Source: Myxococcota bacterium
GTDB taxonomy: Bacteria > Myxococcota_A > UBA9160 > JAFDDA01
Assembly: GCA_965228475.1 (NCBI GenBank)
Contig: OZ245817.1
Span: 3,808,001 to 3,872,000, forward strand
Length of the DNA stretch: 64,000 nt
Reading direction: 5' to 3'
Part shown: in pieces, positions 39,196 through 48,143 of the stretch
Layout: every line of letters begins with the position of its first letter
How positions within the stretch are numbered: the first letter of the stretch is position 1
Notes under the pieces: model-generated
The model's database searches: none
Told to the model about the DNA's origin: nothing
What the model saw: the letters and a program-made list of their open reading frames with translations, nothing else
Position numbers and translations under genes: made by a program

Positions 39196-39995
39196 GGAAG
39201 GGGCCGCCAGGCGTAGATCAGGAGGGTTGCACCGCGAAACGGGACCGCGGCGAACCCCGAAAGGGCCGGGTCGGCATCGATGTCCGGCGACGAAGCGCCC
39301 GCGAAGACCCGGGTCGTGAACCCCGCCTGGAACAACCCTTCGAGAGTCTCCGGCAGGGCCGACGCACCGGCGCCGCGCTCATGCCATTCACAGACGATCC
39401 GCCCGACCCGCTCGCTCGCCCCGCTCGCGACCAATCGACGGAGCACCTCGCCTTCCGCACCCTCGATGTCGAGTTTCAACAGATCGACGCGCTGGCTGCA
39501 CAAGTCCGCGATATCGAAGCACGGAACCTCGATTCCTCCCCGTGGGTGCAGGTGCCCCGTATCCCCGCCACGGGACTGGAATCGCATGCGGCCCCCCTCG
39601 GACCACACCGCGCCGGCGAGGCCCTCGGTCCGAGCGTCGCCCTGAGCGCGCAGGTTCGTCTCCAGAATCGCAGCGAACTCGGGATCCGCTTCGATGCAGC
39701 GAATCGTCGCTGCGGGGTAGCATCGTCGGAACCGGAGGGCGGCGAGCCCGAGGTTCCCTCCACAATCGAGGATGCTGGGGGAGCGATCCGCGACGTGGAA
39801 GTCGTAGACCCGGCGGTGGAAGATCTCCTTGAACTGGGCGTAGAGAGAGCGCCCGTCGACGTACTCGAATTCAGCGCCGAACAGCCGTGTCCGACCCGGC
39901 CGCCCTCTCGGCTCGTTGCGGAGGCGGCGCAGCCGGCGAAGTGCGGATCTCTCGTCTTCCCGCCGCGCCAGCGTGTGGCCGAGCCACCCGGTCAT
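39192..39995 (-). CDS. FkbM-family methyltransferase
   Basis: EIF...VYDF, ILDCGGNLG, VDLLKLDIEGAE, CEWH; 4-bp overlaps with both neighbours. Confidence 0.88.
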   Translation of the reverse strand: MTGWLGHTLARREDERSALRRLRRLRNEPRGRPGRTRLFGAEFEYVDGRSLYAQFKEIFHRRVYDFHVADRSPSILDCGGNLGLAALRFRRCYPAATIRCIEADPEFAAILETNLRAQGDARTEGLAGAVWSEGGRMRFQSRGGDTGHLHPRGGIEVPCFDIADLCSQRVDLLKLDIEGAEGEVLRRLVASGASERVGRIVCEWHERGAGASALPETLEGLFQAGFTTRVFAGASSPDIDADPALSGFAAVPFRGATLLIYAWRPLP

Positions 39996-41134
39996 CCGGA
40001 GGGAGCCTCGGGGGTGGACACGACGTTCTCCCCGTTCGCGAGGGGCCGATAGATCTCGTCCTCGAGGCGCGGGGCGACACGATCCCAATGAAAGCGGTCC
40101 CGAGCCCGGTTGCGCGCCGCCTCTCCGAAGCGGGCGCAGACCTCTGGACGCTCGAGCATCCCGGCCATCGCTCGAGCGAAGCCGTCGCGGTCGCCCACCG
40201 GGCACAGGAGCGCAGTCCGGCCCTCCTCCACGCACTCCGGATTCCCGTTCACCCGGCTCGTCACGGCGGCGATTCCGAGAGCCTGAGTCTCGAGCAGGAC
40301 CTGGTCCATGTTGCCACTCGCGTTGGGATGAAGGAGCAGCGAGGCCCCTTCCAGACGGGCCGGGAGGTCCTCGTTCGGCACGAAACCTCGGAATCGGACC
40401 CGCTCCGCAATGCCGAGCGCTCGCGCGCGCCCCTCGAAGTCGTGGCCGCGGGGCAGCGTTCCGAAGCACTCGAGCGTCGCGTTTCGCTGCTTCGGGATGC
40501 GTGCGAACGCATCGAGCGCGACCTCGACGCCTTTCATGTTGACCAGGACGACGCGTGGCGCCTCCTTCCCGCGCGGCATGGCCGAGGCGCCACCGGTGCG
40601 AAACCAATGGCTGCCGATCCCGTAGGGGATCACGTTGAAGCGGGACGGATCGACGCCGTAGCGGTCCCCGAGCGCACCTGCGAGCCAACGTGTCGGCGTC
40701 AGCCGGACCGGCGCACACTTCACCGCCATCGCGAGGTACTTCCAGCGCCAGTTGGAGGAACGAAGCGGTGCAGCAGAGACCTCGGGGACGTGGAACTGCG
40801 CGACCATCGGAAGGCGGCCGATGCCCGCCCGATGCGCTGCGCGGCTCCGAAGCCCGAGGAACGACCCGGCGACGTAGTGCGTATGGATCACATCGAAACT
40901 CGCGAGGCGCCGGAGCGCGTAGCGCAGTGGATAGAGGCGCTTGGCCCGGGCGCCCAGGTAGATCATCCGCACGCCGTCGATCGAGACCCGGTGATCCGGA
41001 CGGGCGACCTGCAGGAAGGTCACCCGGTGCCCACGGTCCCTGAGCGCTCGCACCAGCCCGTGGATGAACACGTGGGCCCCGAGAATGTTCGCCCGGTGGT
41101 GATAGCCGGCGACCAGCACGGACAGGCTCCTCAT
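39992..41134 (-). CDS. GT4-family glycosyltransferase
   Basis: GHRVT, DVIHTH, IPYGI, KGVE, FRGFVP, VLLETQALG, G.PE.V..G.T. Confidence 0.85.
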   Translation of the reverse strand: MRSLSVLVAGYHHRANILGAHVFIHGLVRALRDRGHRVTFLQVARPDHRVSIDGVRMIYLGARAKRLYPLRYALRRLASFDVIHTHYVAGSFLGLRSRAAHRAGIGRLPMVAQFHVPEVSAAPLRSSNWRWKYLAMAVKCAPVRLTPTRWLAGALGDRYGVDPSRFNVIPYGIGSHWFRTGGASAMPRGKEAPRVVLVNMKGVEVALDAFARIPKQRNATLECFGTLPRGHDFEGRARALGIAERVRFRGFVPNEDLPARLEGASLLLHPNASGNMDQVLLETQALGIAAVTSRVNGNPECVEEGRTALLCPVGDRDGFARAMAGMLERPEVCARFGEAARNRARDRFHWDRVAPRLEDEIYRPLANGENVVSTPEAPSG

Positions 41135-41273
41135 GGTCTGGCTTCCTTCGCGCATGCCGGGCGCCCGCGGAGGGTGGCGCCGCGTCCGGGGGGAGCCGGA
41201 ACGCGGCGCCGGACAGGACCGCTACTTCCCGTCCGAGAAGAGACTCGCTCGCCTCGGCGTTGGTGAAGGGCAC

Positions 41274-41289
41274 TGCAACGCGGGTGCCA
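41274..41289 (-). promoter_or_regulatory. sigma-54 (-24/-12) promoter of glycosyltransferase operon
   Basis: Minus strand TGGCACCCGCGTTGCA. Confidence 0.8.
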
Positions 41290-41357
41290 GCGTCCTGCCG
41301 CTCCCGTGAAGCCAGGAGCCCGCACGAGAGCCGTCGCCTCCAAAACCCGCCTGCGGT

Positions 41358-41394
41358 CTGCCGAGATCGGCAGACGGACCGCCGGAATCGGCGG
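41358..41394. promoter_or_regulatory. tandem candidate sigma-54 enhancer palindromes
   Basis: CTGCCG-AGAT-CGGCAG (41358-41373) and CCGCCG-GAAT-CGGCGG (41379-41394), 21 bp apart. Confidence 0.55.
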
Positions 41395-41508
41395 GCCACG
41401 GGCGCTCCGAGCCCCTTCTCCTTCCGGCTCCTGGACGACACCGGGCACGGATGTTGCGAGTTGGATCCGACCGGGGCGGGCACCCGATTGGGTGCGCCGC
41501 GCGAGGCG

Positions 41509-41949
41509 TCAGTGCGTAGCGGAGATCTCGAAAAGGACCCGTACGGAGTCGTCGGCAACCGCCGGGTCGACGTAGCCGATCGCGGCGCGCTCGGTCGCGA
41601 CGAAACGGCGGACGGCCTCGCCCGAAGCGAGCGTCGCAGGAGGCAGGACTCCTTGGAAGTACTGGCGGTTCCAGTAGACGGCGAGTCGGCTCGGCGAGGT
41701 CTGCAGAACTCGCGAAACGAACTCGGCGCGGATCGCGCTTCCCGCCTCCCGGTTCACGGCCACGATCCGGGTCCCGTCTTTCCAGAAGCGCCGTTGCTTC
41801 AGGTAGACCTGGACGATCTCCGCCGCGTCCAGGCGATCGGATCGTTCCGGGTGGACGATCACGGCGATGCCCTCGGCCGTCGCAGAGCCCGCCGCGAGGA
41901 GCGCCGTGAGCGCGACGAGGCCGACGACGAGGGAGCGCAGCAGACCCAT
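41509..41949 (-). CDS. small periplasmic protein with PBP2-like half-domain (often annotated phosphate-binding-like)
   Basis: Signal peptide; IAVIVHP, YL....FW.DG, YW....F.G..PP, V.RFVA....AIGYV. Confidence 0.8.
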   Translation of the reverse strand: MGLLRSLVVGLVALTALLAAGSATAEGIAVIVHPERSDRLDAAEIVQVYLKQRRFWKDGTRIVAVNREAGSAIRAEFVSRVLQTSPSRLAVYWNRQYFQGVLPPATLASGEAVRRFVATERAAIGYVDPAVADDSVRVLFEISATH

Positions 41950-43101
41950 TCAGAACAGCACCGAGAGCGAAGCGGTGACGCCTTCTACGACGTCGTCGGT
42001 CACACGGTCCGAAAACCGGTAGCCCGCCTTGAGATTCAACCACGGCACGGGCAGCCAGCTCACACCGACGTCCCAGAGGCTCACGTCGTTGCCCTGGCCG
42101 TCGGGGTCGAAGTGCTCGAAGCGGGCGACGAGATAGACGTTGTCGAGGAAGGGCACAGCGCGGAGGTCGTAGACCCCTTGAACGTAGACGGACCACAGAT
42201 CGCGGTCCGGAATGCTCCCCTCGGAGAACACCGCTTCGCTGGTCACCTCGAGCGGGCCGAGCTGGACCATCCAATCGAAGCCCGCGAGGTAGCTCCATTC
42301 GTTCTTCTGCTCCGCGGCGAGCAGGGAGGCACCGATCGACCAGCCGCCGAGGGCGTTGCCATACTCGAGCCGGGCGCCGGCCGTTCGCTCGGCGGTCTCG
42401 AAGTCCGGGTCCGGGTCGAGGGGATCGATGAGCTGGGCGTAGACCCACCAACGAAGCGTTTCGTTCCCGGGATAGAACGTTCCGAACAACGCCGCGCCCG
42501 TCTGATGCTCTTCGAAAGCCCGGTCGATCTGGACGGGCTCGACGGCCGTCCAGACGAAGGGCTCTGCGGGAACCAGGTTCCAGCGCCCGACCGGAGTCTG
42601 GAACTTTCCGATCCGCAGGTTCAGTGCATCGTTGTAGATCCAATCCGCGTAGAGGCGCTCGACGACGATGTCGGGGTCGTGATCGAAGTCGTCCCGTTCT
42701 CGATCCCAGGAAGCGAGGTCACCGAACTCGACCTCGGCGAAGAAGCGGAGCGGCTCGATCGGCTCGAACAGGATGAGCAGGTTCACGCTATCGAGCTCGA
42801 CGGTCGTGCCACCCGGTGCTTCGTCGTCGATCTCGACGATGCTGAAGCCGCCGACGGTCAGCCCGGTATCGCCGAGCCGGATTCCCCGTCCCGCTCGATA
42901 CTCGAAGGCACCGAGCGGCGTGGAAAAGGAGAGCCGCGGCGGTGTGCCCCCGGCGCCAGGGCCGATCGGCAGCGTCGACTGAGCCTGCACACCCCCCGAA
43001 GCGAGCAGGACGGCGGAGACGAGCGCTCCCACGAGCCCGCGCTTCGACCGCTTCGGCAGAGTGGTAGATTCGTGTTGGGATGTCGTCACGGCACGGAACA
43101 T
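41950..43101 (-). CDS. outer-membrane beta-barrel (porin-like) protein; start uncertain (43101 or 43089)
   Basis: Signal peptide (GVQA), FFAEVEF, VERLYADW, LRIGKFQTPVGRWN, terminal SLSVLF. Confidence 0.78.
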   Translation of the reverse strand: MFRAVTTSQHESTTLPKRSKRGLVGALVSAVLLASGGVQAQSTLPIGPGAGGTPPRLSFSTPLGAFEYRAGRGIRLGDTGLTVGGFSIVEIDDEAPGGTTVELDSVNLLILFEPIEPLRFFAEVEFGDLASWDRERDDFDHDPDIVVERLYADWIYNDALNLRIGKFQTPVGRWNLVPAEPFVWTAVEPVQIDRAFEEHQTGAALFGTFYPGNETLRWWVYAQLIDPLDPDPDFETAERTAGARLEYGNALGGWSIGASLLAAEQKNEWSYLAGFDWMVQLGPLEVTSEAVFSEGSIPDRDLWSVYVQGVYDLRAVPFLDNVYLVARFEHFDPDGQGNDVSLWDVGVSWLPVPWLNLKAGYRFSDRVTDDVVEGVTASLSVLF

Positions 43102-44911
43102 GACTCGGCAACCTGAGGACCAGAGGGAAGGAACATCCTCCCTCGCGCGGACACGGACCTTTCTACCCGCTCGAACGATCGGGAACAAGCTCCTGTTGTT
43201 CGTCGCCGTCCTTCTGACGTCGTTCGGTGTCCTTCTCATCACCATCGCGGAGCGGCACGGCAGCGACTCGCTCGAGCGTGCGATCGGACGGGAGCTCGAA
43301 CGCGAGGCGCGCCACGTCGCCGGTCGACTCTCGTCCATCCTCCGCACGGAGCAGCGAACGCTCGCGAGTTTTGCACGGCAGGATTGGATGCGGGAGATTC
43401 GCGTCGGCGACATCGATAAGCGAATCACCCAGGCCCTGGTCACCCTTCGCGATGGCAGTCCGCTCCGGGTCGACTACCAGGTCGTGGATGAGGCGGGCCG
43501 GGTCGTCGCATCGAGCGACGCCGGCGCCCTCGGCCAAAGGTCGACGATCGGCCTCGGGGCCGGCGAGGCAAGGCTCGAGGGGGACCGGTTGTGGATCAGC
43601 GCCCGCATTCCCGACCCCGATGCGACGCAACGCTCGCTCGGCGTCCTGTTCGGCGTCCTCGACTGGAAACAACTGACCTCGTACACCGAGGAGGTCCGAG
43701 AAGAACTCGCGGGTCTCGGGCTCGCATCCGAGATCTTCGTATGCGACGCCGGGGGCCGCGTGCTCGGCGGTGCCTGGGAAGCGGCGCCCTCGGAAGCCGT
43801 GGCACGGATGCTCGCCGCCGTCGTCGCTGGGGACCGCATGTCGCCGCTCGCGAGCCCGTGGATCGTCGGACATGCCCGCTTCGCACCGGACCTGCCCGGG
43901 ACTCTGGCCGGACAGCACCTCATCGTCGTCGAGCATCGAAAATCCGCGCTCGCTCCGGTTCGCGCCCTCTCGGGGCGACTGTTCGCCACGCTCGGCATCG
44001 TTCTCCTGCTCGGCTTGGCGGTCGCGAGTTTCGGGGCCCGCCAGGTCGCTCGCCCGCTCTCGGAACTCACCGGGGCGATCCGCGGTCTTGCTCAGGGGAA
44101 AGCGGAGACCCGGCGCGTTCCGGTCCGGAGCGACGACGAGGTCGGCACGCTGGCTGCGGCTTTCAACCAGATGGCCGGCGACCTCGACCGGGCTCAGCGC
44201 GACCTCATCGAGGCGGAGAAGTTCGCGTTCGTCGGCGAGCTGGCCGCCGGCGTCGCGCACGAGATCCGGACCTCGCTCGGGGTCCTCCGGAGCTCCGCGC
44301 AGCTCCTCGAGCAGTCGCTGCCCACCGACGCGGACGGGCAAACCAGCGAACTGGCTCACATGCTCGGTGCCGAGGTGGACCGTCTCGCCTCCGTCGTGAA
44401 CGACCTCTTGACCCTGGACCGCCCCCACCCGCCGCGCCTCGCATCCGTCCGGGTCTCGGATCCGCTCGCGCAGGCCGTCGCCCTGGTCGCTTCGAGAGCG
44501 GCCGAGCGCTCCATCACGATCGAGCAGGTGCCGGCCCCCGACGAACCGGCCGTTCGCTGCGAGTCCGAGCTCATCCACCGCGTGGCCGTCAATCTCCTCG
44601 TGAATGCGATGGAGGCCGTGGGAGAAGGCGGTTCCATCGTGATCGAGACCCTCGACGGTCGCGGCGGCTGCGGGGGGTTCGAGATCACCGATGACGGACC
44701 TGGCGTTCCGCCGGAGCTTCGAGAGAAGATCTTCCAGCCGTTCGTCACCGGGCGAGCCGGCGGAGTGGGGCTCGGCCTGACGTTCGTGAAACGCGTGATC
44801 CACGACCACCACGGCCAGATCATGGTCCGGTCCGACCCTACGGCGGGAGCGACCTTCCGGGTCGAGCTGCCGCTCGCCGACGACCCGAGCGAACCCGAAG
44901 GCTCCGCGTGA
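43100..44911 (+). CDS. membrane sensor histidine kinase (periplasmic sensor, HAMP, HisKA, HATPase)
   Basis: Two TMs, DEVGTLAAAFNQM, GELAAGVAHEIR, NLLVNA, DDGPG, FQPFVT, GVGLGL. Confidence 0.9.
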   Translation: MTRQPEDQREGTSSLARTRTFLPARTIGNKLLLFVAVLLTSFGVLLITIAERHGSDSLERAIGRELEREARHVAGRLSSILRTEQRTLASFARQDWMREIRVGDIDKRITQALVTLRDGSPLRVDYQVVDEAGRVVASSDAGALGQRSTIGLGAGEARLEGDRLWISARIPDPDATQRSLGVLFGVLDWKQLTSYTEEVREELAGLGLASEIFVCDAGGRVLGGAWEAAPSEAVARMLAAVVAGDRMSPLASPWIVGHARFAPDLPGTLAGQHLIVVEHRKSALAPVRALSGRLFATLGIVLLLGLAVASFGARQVARPLSELTGAIRGLAQGKAETRRVPVRSDDEVGTLAAAFNQMAGDLDRAQRDLIEAEKFAFVGELAAGVAHEIRTSLGVLRSSAQLLEQSLPTDADGQTSELAHMLGAEVDRLASVVNDLLTLDRPHPPRLASVRVSDPLAQAVALVASRAAERSITIEQVPAPDEPAVRCESELIHRVAVNLLVNAMEAVGEGGSIVIETLDGRGGCGGFEITDDGPGVPPELREKIFQPFVTGRAGGVGLGLTFVKRVIHDHHGQIMVRSDPTAGATFRVELPLADDPSEPEGSA

Positions 44912-44924
44912 GAGAGGCAACTCG

Positions 44925-46265
44925 ATGAAACGAATCCTGATCCTCGACGACGACCGGCCCACGCGGCGCATCTTGCAGATCCTCATCGAACGGATGGGCC
45001 TCGAGTCCTCCGCCTTCGAGGAGGCCGGGAGCGCGCTCGAGGCGCTCGAAGCCGAGACCTTCTCGCTGGTCCTGACGGATCTCAAGATGCCACGAATCGA
45101 CGGGCTCGAGTTCATGCGCAGACTGCGCGAACTCGACTCGGAGGTGCCCGTCCTCGTCCTGACGGCCTACGGAACCGTGACCTCGGCCGTGGAGGCCATG
45201 AAGCTCGGCGCCCTCGACTTCGTCGCCAAACCCTTCGACGTCGACGCCCTCGAGATGCTGATCCGGCGCGCGCTCGACGCCTCCCGAACGCGAACCGAGC
45301 ACCGCTATCTGCGCGAAGAAGCCGAGCGGGCCGCGGGGTTCGGCGAGCTGATCGGCGAATCGCCCGCGATGAAAGCGATCTACGGCCTGATCGAGAAGGC
45401 CGCGCCGGCCCGAAGCGCCGTCCTCGTCACCGGCGAGACGGGCACGGGAAAAGAGCTCGTCGCGCGCGCACTGCACGCCCGCAGCCCACGGGCCGAGAAG
45501 CTCTTCGTCCCGATGAACTGCGCCGCCATCCCCGGTGAGCTGCTCGAGAGCGAACTCTTCGGCCATGTGCGCGGAGCGTTCACGGGTGCCCAATCGGATC
45601 GTCAGGGTAAATTCGGCGCCGCCGACGGAGGGACGCTCTTCCTGGACGAGATCGGGGACATGGACCCTCGCCTCCAGGCCAAGCTGCTCCGCGCACTCCA
45701 GGAAGGCGTGATCGAGCCCGTCGGGAGCAACCGCCGTCTGACCGTCGACGTTCGCGTCGTCTCCTCGACCCACCGCGATCTCGAGCAGGCGATCCGCGAC
45801 GGCAGCTTCCGGGAAGACCTCTACTACCGCTTGAACGTCGTCCGGATCCAGATCCCCCCGCTGCGGGAGCGACGAAGCGACGTCCCGGCGCTGGCCGCGG
45901 CGGCCATCGCCGGCTTCGGGCGAGAACTCGGGCGGGGGCCCATCACGATCGCCGCCGACGCGCTCGAGACCCTCGCCGCCTACGACTGGCCAGGGAACGT
46001 CCGCGAGCTCCGCAATCTGATGGAACGGGCCGCCGTGCTCGTCGAGGGACAGCGGGTCGAGCGTGACCTGATTGCGTCCCTGCTCCCGAGTGAGTCGGAG
46101 CCCGGGAGCCGGGGGTTCGAGCTGGCACCCGTGGTGGCCGCAGCGGAACGCAAGGCGGTCCTGCGAGCCCTGGCGGAAGCCGACGACGACAAGGCCGCGG
46201 CCGCCCGCCTGCTCGGAATCGGTGAGCGCACGCTCTGGACCAAGCTCAAGAAGCACGGCCTCTAG
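44925..46265 (+). CDS. sigma-54-dependent response regulator (NtrC/AtoC family)
   Basis: REC (ILDDD, TDLKMP, KPF), GETGTGKE, ESELFGH.RGAFTGA, WPGNVREL, Fis HTH. Confidence 0.95.
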   Translation: MKRILILDDDRPTRRILQILIERMGLESSAFEEAGSALEALEAETFSLVLTDLKMPRIDGLEFMRRLRELDSEVPVLVLTAYGTVTSAVEAMKLGALDFVAKPFDVDALEMLIRRALDASRTRTEHRYLREEAERAAGFGELIGESPAMKAIYGLIEKAAPARSAVLVTGETGTGKELVARALHARSPRAEKLFVPMNCAAIPGELLESELFGHVRGAFTGAQSDRQGKFGAADGGTLFLDEIGDMDPRLQAKLLRALQEGVIEPVGSNRRLTVDVRVVSSTHRDLEQAIRDGSFREDLYYRLNVVRIQIPPLRERRSDVPALAAAAIAGFGRELGRGPITIAADALETLAAYDWPGNVRELRNLMERAAVLVEGQRVERDLIASLLPSESEPGSRGFELAPVVAAAERKAVLRALAEADDDKAAAARLLGIGERTLWTKLKKHGL

Positions 46266-46295
46266 GCAATCGAAGGAACGGGTGCCGACTCGGGC

Positions 46296-47651
46296 TCAGT
46301 GCAGATCGTCGAGCCCGTGGCGGCGGAGCTTGTTGCGCAGGCCGACGCGCGAGAGGCCGAGGGCCTCGGCCATGCGCGTGCGGTTGCCGTGGAAGCGATC
46401 GAGCGCGTCGCGCAGGACCTCGCGCTCCACCTGGTCGAGGCGCTCCTTGAGCGTTCCGGCGCGGACGGGCGCGTCTTCGACTTCGGGTGCGTCGCCGGCC
46501 CCGAGCCCCGCACCGACCTGCTCGCCGGGGGCCGTCAGGGCGATGGCGCGCTCGACGGCGTTGCGCAGCTCGCGGACGTTCCCCGGAAAGTCCTTCTGCG
46601 CGAGGTCTTCGAGGAACGATTCGTCGAGGGTGATCTTGCGCGCGTGGTCGTCGCCGAACTCCTCGGCGAAGTGCTGGGCGAGGAACGGGATGTCGACCCG
46701 TCGGCGGCGCAGGCTCGGCACGAACAGCGTCGCCGTATTCAGGCGGTAAAGGAGGTCCTGACGGAAGCTCCCTTCCTCGACCATCTCCTTCAGGTCGCGG
46801 TGGGTGGCCGAGACGACGCGGACGTCGACCTGCTTCACCTCCGTCCCGCCGACGGGACGGATCTCGCGGGCCTCGAGGGCGCGCAGGAGCTTCGTCTGGA
46901 AGGCCGGCGACGTATCGCCGACCTCGTCGAGGAGCAGCGTCCCGCCCTCGGCTTCTTCGAACAGGCCCCGCTTGTCCCGGTCGGCCCCGGTGAAGGCGCC
47001 GCGCACGTGGCCGAAGAGTTCGCTCTCGAGGAGCGTATCCGGCAAGGCGCCGCAGTTCACGGCGACGAAGGCCCGGCTCGCGCGCGGGCTTTCCTCGTGG
47101 ATCGCGCGCGCGACGAGTTCCTTGCCCGTGCCGGTCTCGCCGAGGATGAGGACGGGGATGTTCGACGTCGCGAGCCGGCGGACCTCTTCCATCAGATCCC
47201 GGATCGCCTTCGAGACGCCGAGCAGGGCCGGCGCACGTCGGTGGTTGTGTCGCGCTCCCTCGCCGACCTTCCCGGCGGTGGGAAGACCGTTGCGGAGGGC
47301 CAGCCGCAGCGCCGCCGGGGCCGGGTCCGCAGCGAGCACCGCGTGGGGCCGGAGCTCCTCGATCGCGAACTCCAGGGCGGCCTCGTCCGTCCCCTCGGAG
47401 AGCAGGATGATCGCGCGGCCCGCCGGGAGATCCCGCAGCGCGACGAGATCGCGGGCGTCCTGGCCGGGGTCGAGCTGCACGACGGCGGCGTGGGCATCCA
47501 CGAGGGGGCCCCGCGTCCCGAGCGCCTCGGGCGCCACGGGGCGCACGGCGAACTCGGGCACCAGGGCGGCCGCGATCGCCTGCTGGCGGCGCGGCTCGGT
47601 GGCCACCGCCAGGACGAGGGCTCGGGGTGGCTTCGTCTCGGGCTTTCCCAT
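46296..47651 (-). CDS. sigma-54 enhancer-binding protein with degenerate N-terminal receiver-like domain
   Basis: GETGTGKE, GAFTGA, FPGNVREL, Fis HTH; N terminus lacks canonical REC residues. Confidence 0.9.
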   Translation of the reverse strand: MGKPETKPPRALVLAVATEPRRQQAIAAALVPEFAVRPVAPEALGTRGPLVDAHAAVVQLDPGQDARDLVALRDLPAGRAIILLSEGTDEAALEFAIEELRPHAVLAADPAPAALRLALRNGLPTAGKVGEGARHNHRRAPALLGVSKAIRDLMEEVRRLATSNIPVLILGETGTGKELVARAIHEESPRASRAFVAVNCGALPDTLLESELFGHVRGAFTGADRDKRGLFEEAEGGTLLLDEVGDTSPAFQTKLLRALEAREIRPVGGTEVKQVDVRVVSATHRDLKEMVEEGSFRQDLLYRLNTATLFVPSLRRRRVDIPFLAQHFAEEFGDDHARKITLDESFLEDLAQKDFPGNVRELRNAVERAIALTAPGEQVGAGLGAGDAPEVEDAPVRAGTLKERLDQVEREVLRDALDRFHGNRTRMAEALGLSRVGLRNKLRRHGLDDLH

Positions 47652-47716
47652 GCCGGGCTCATCGGCCGACCGGCAACGCGGGTGAAGTTTCCCTTGGGGC
47701 GGGCGCCCGGGCGGGC

Positions 47717-48115
47717 TCAGTGGACGGCGCGCGGCTCCCGCAGCTCGAAGCGCGCGACCCGCGCATCGAAGTGGCTGCCGTCCTCACGGACCATCTGGTA
47801 GGTCCCTTCCATCGTGCCGAAGGGCGTCTCGAGCGGGCAGCCCGAGGTGTACTCGAAACCGTCGCCCGGCTCGAGCACGGGCTGCTTGCCGACCACACCG
47901 TCGCCCTGCACCTCGCGCACCTGCCCGGTGCCGTCGGTGATGAGCCAGTGGCGCGAGAGGAGCTGGACGGTCCCCTCGCCTTCGTTCTGGATCTGGATCG
48001 TGTACAGGAAGAACCACTCGTTGCCGAGCGGGTTCGAGTGCTCTTCGGAGTAGCGGGCCGCGACGTGCACGCGCACGCCTTCGGTGCAGGCCTCGGATGT
48101 GGTCTCCACGCTCAT
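47717..48115 (-). CDS. apaG: ApaG protein
   Basis: YTIQI.N, VQLLSRHWLITD, GDGVVGKQP, FEYTSGCPL.TP.GTMEG.Y. Confidence 0.96.
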   Translation of the reverse strand: MSVETTSEACTEGVRVHVAARYSEEHSNPLGNEWFFLYTIQIQNEGEGTVQLLSRHWLITDGTGQVREVQGDGVVGKQPVLEPGDGFEYTSGCPLETPFGTMEGTYQMVREDGSHFDARVARFELREPRAVH

Positions 48116-48143
48116 GGCCGGGAGACTAGCAGCGTCCGGAGAC

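Noticed and set aside
41215..41232. ops/JUMPstart element before the glycosyltransferase operon
   Set aside because: GGAAGTAGCGGT only weakly resembles GGCGGTAG
43089..43104. Sigma-54 promoter CGGCACGGAACATGAC
   Set aside because: Lacks the -12 GC element
36900..46300. Integrative element or prophage
   Set aside because: No integrase, transposase, phage genes, tRNA target or flanking direct repeats found
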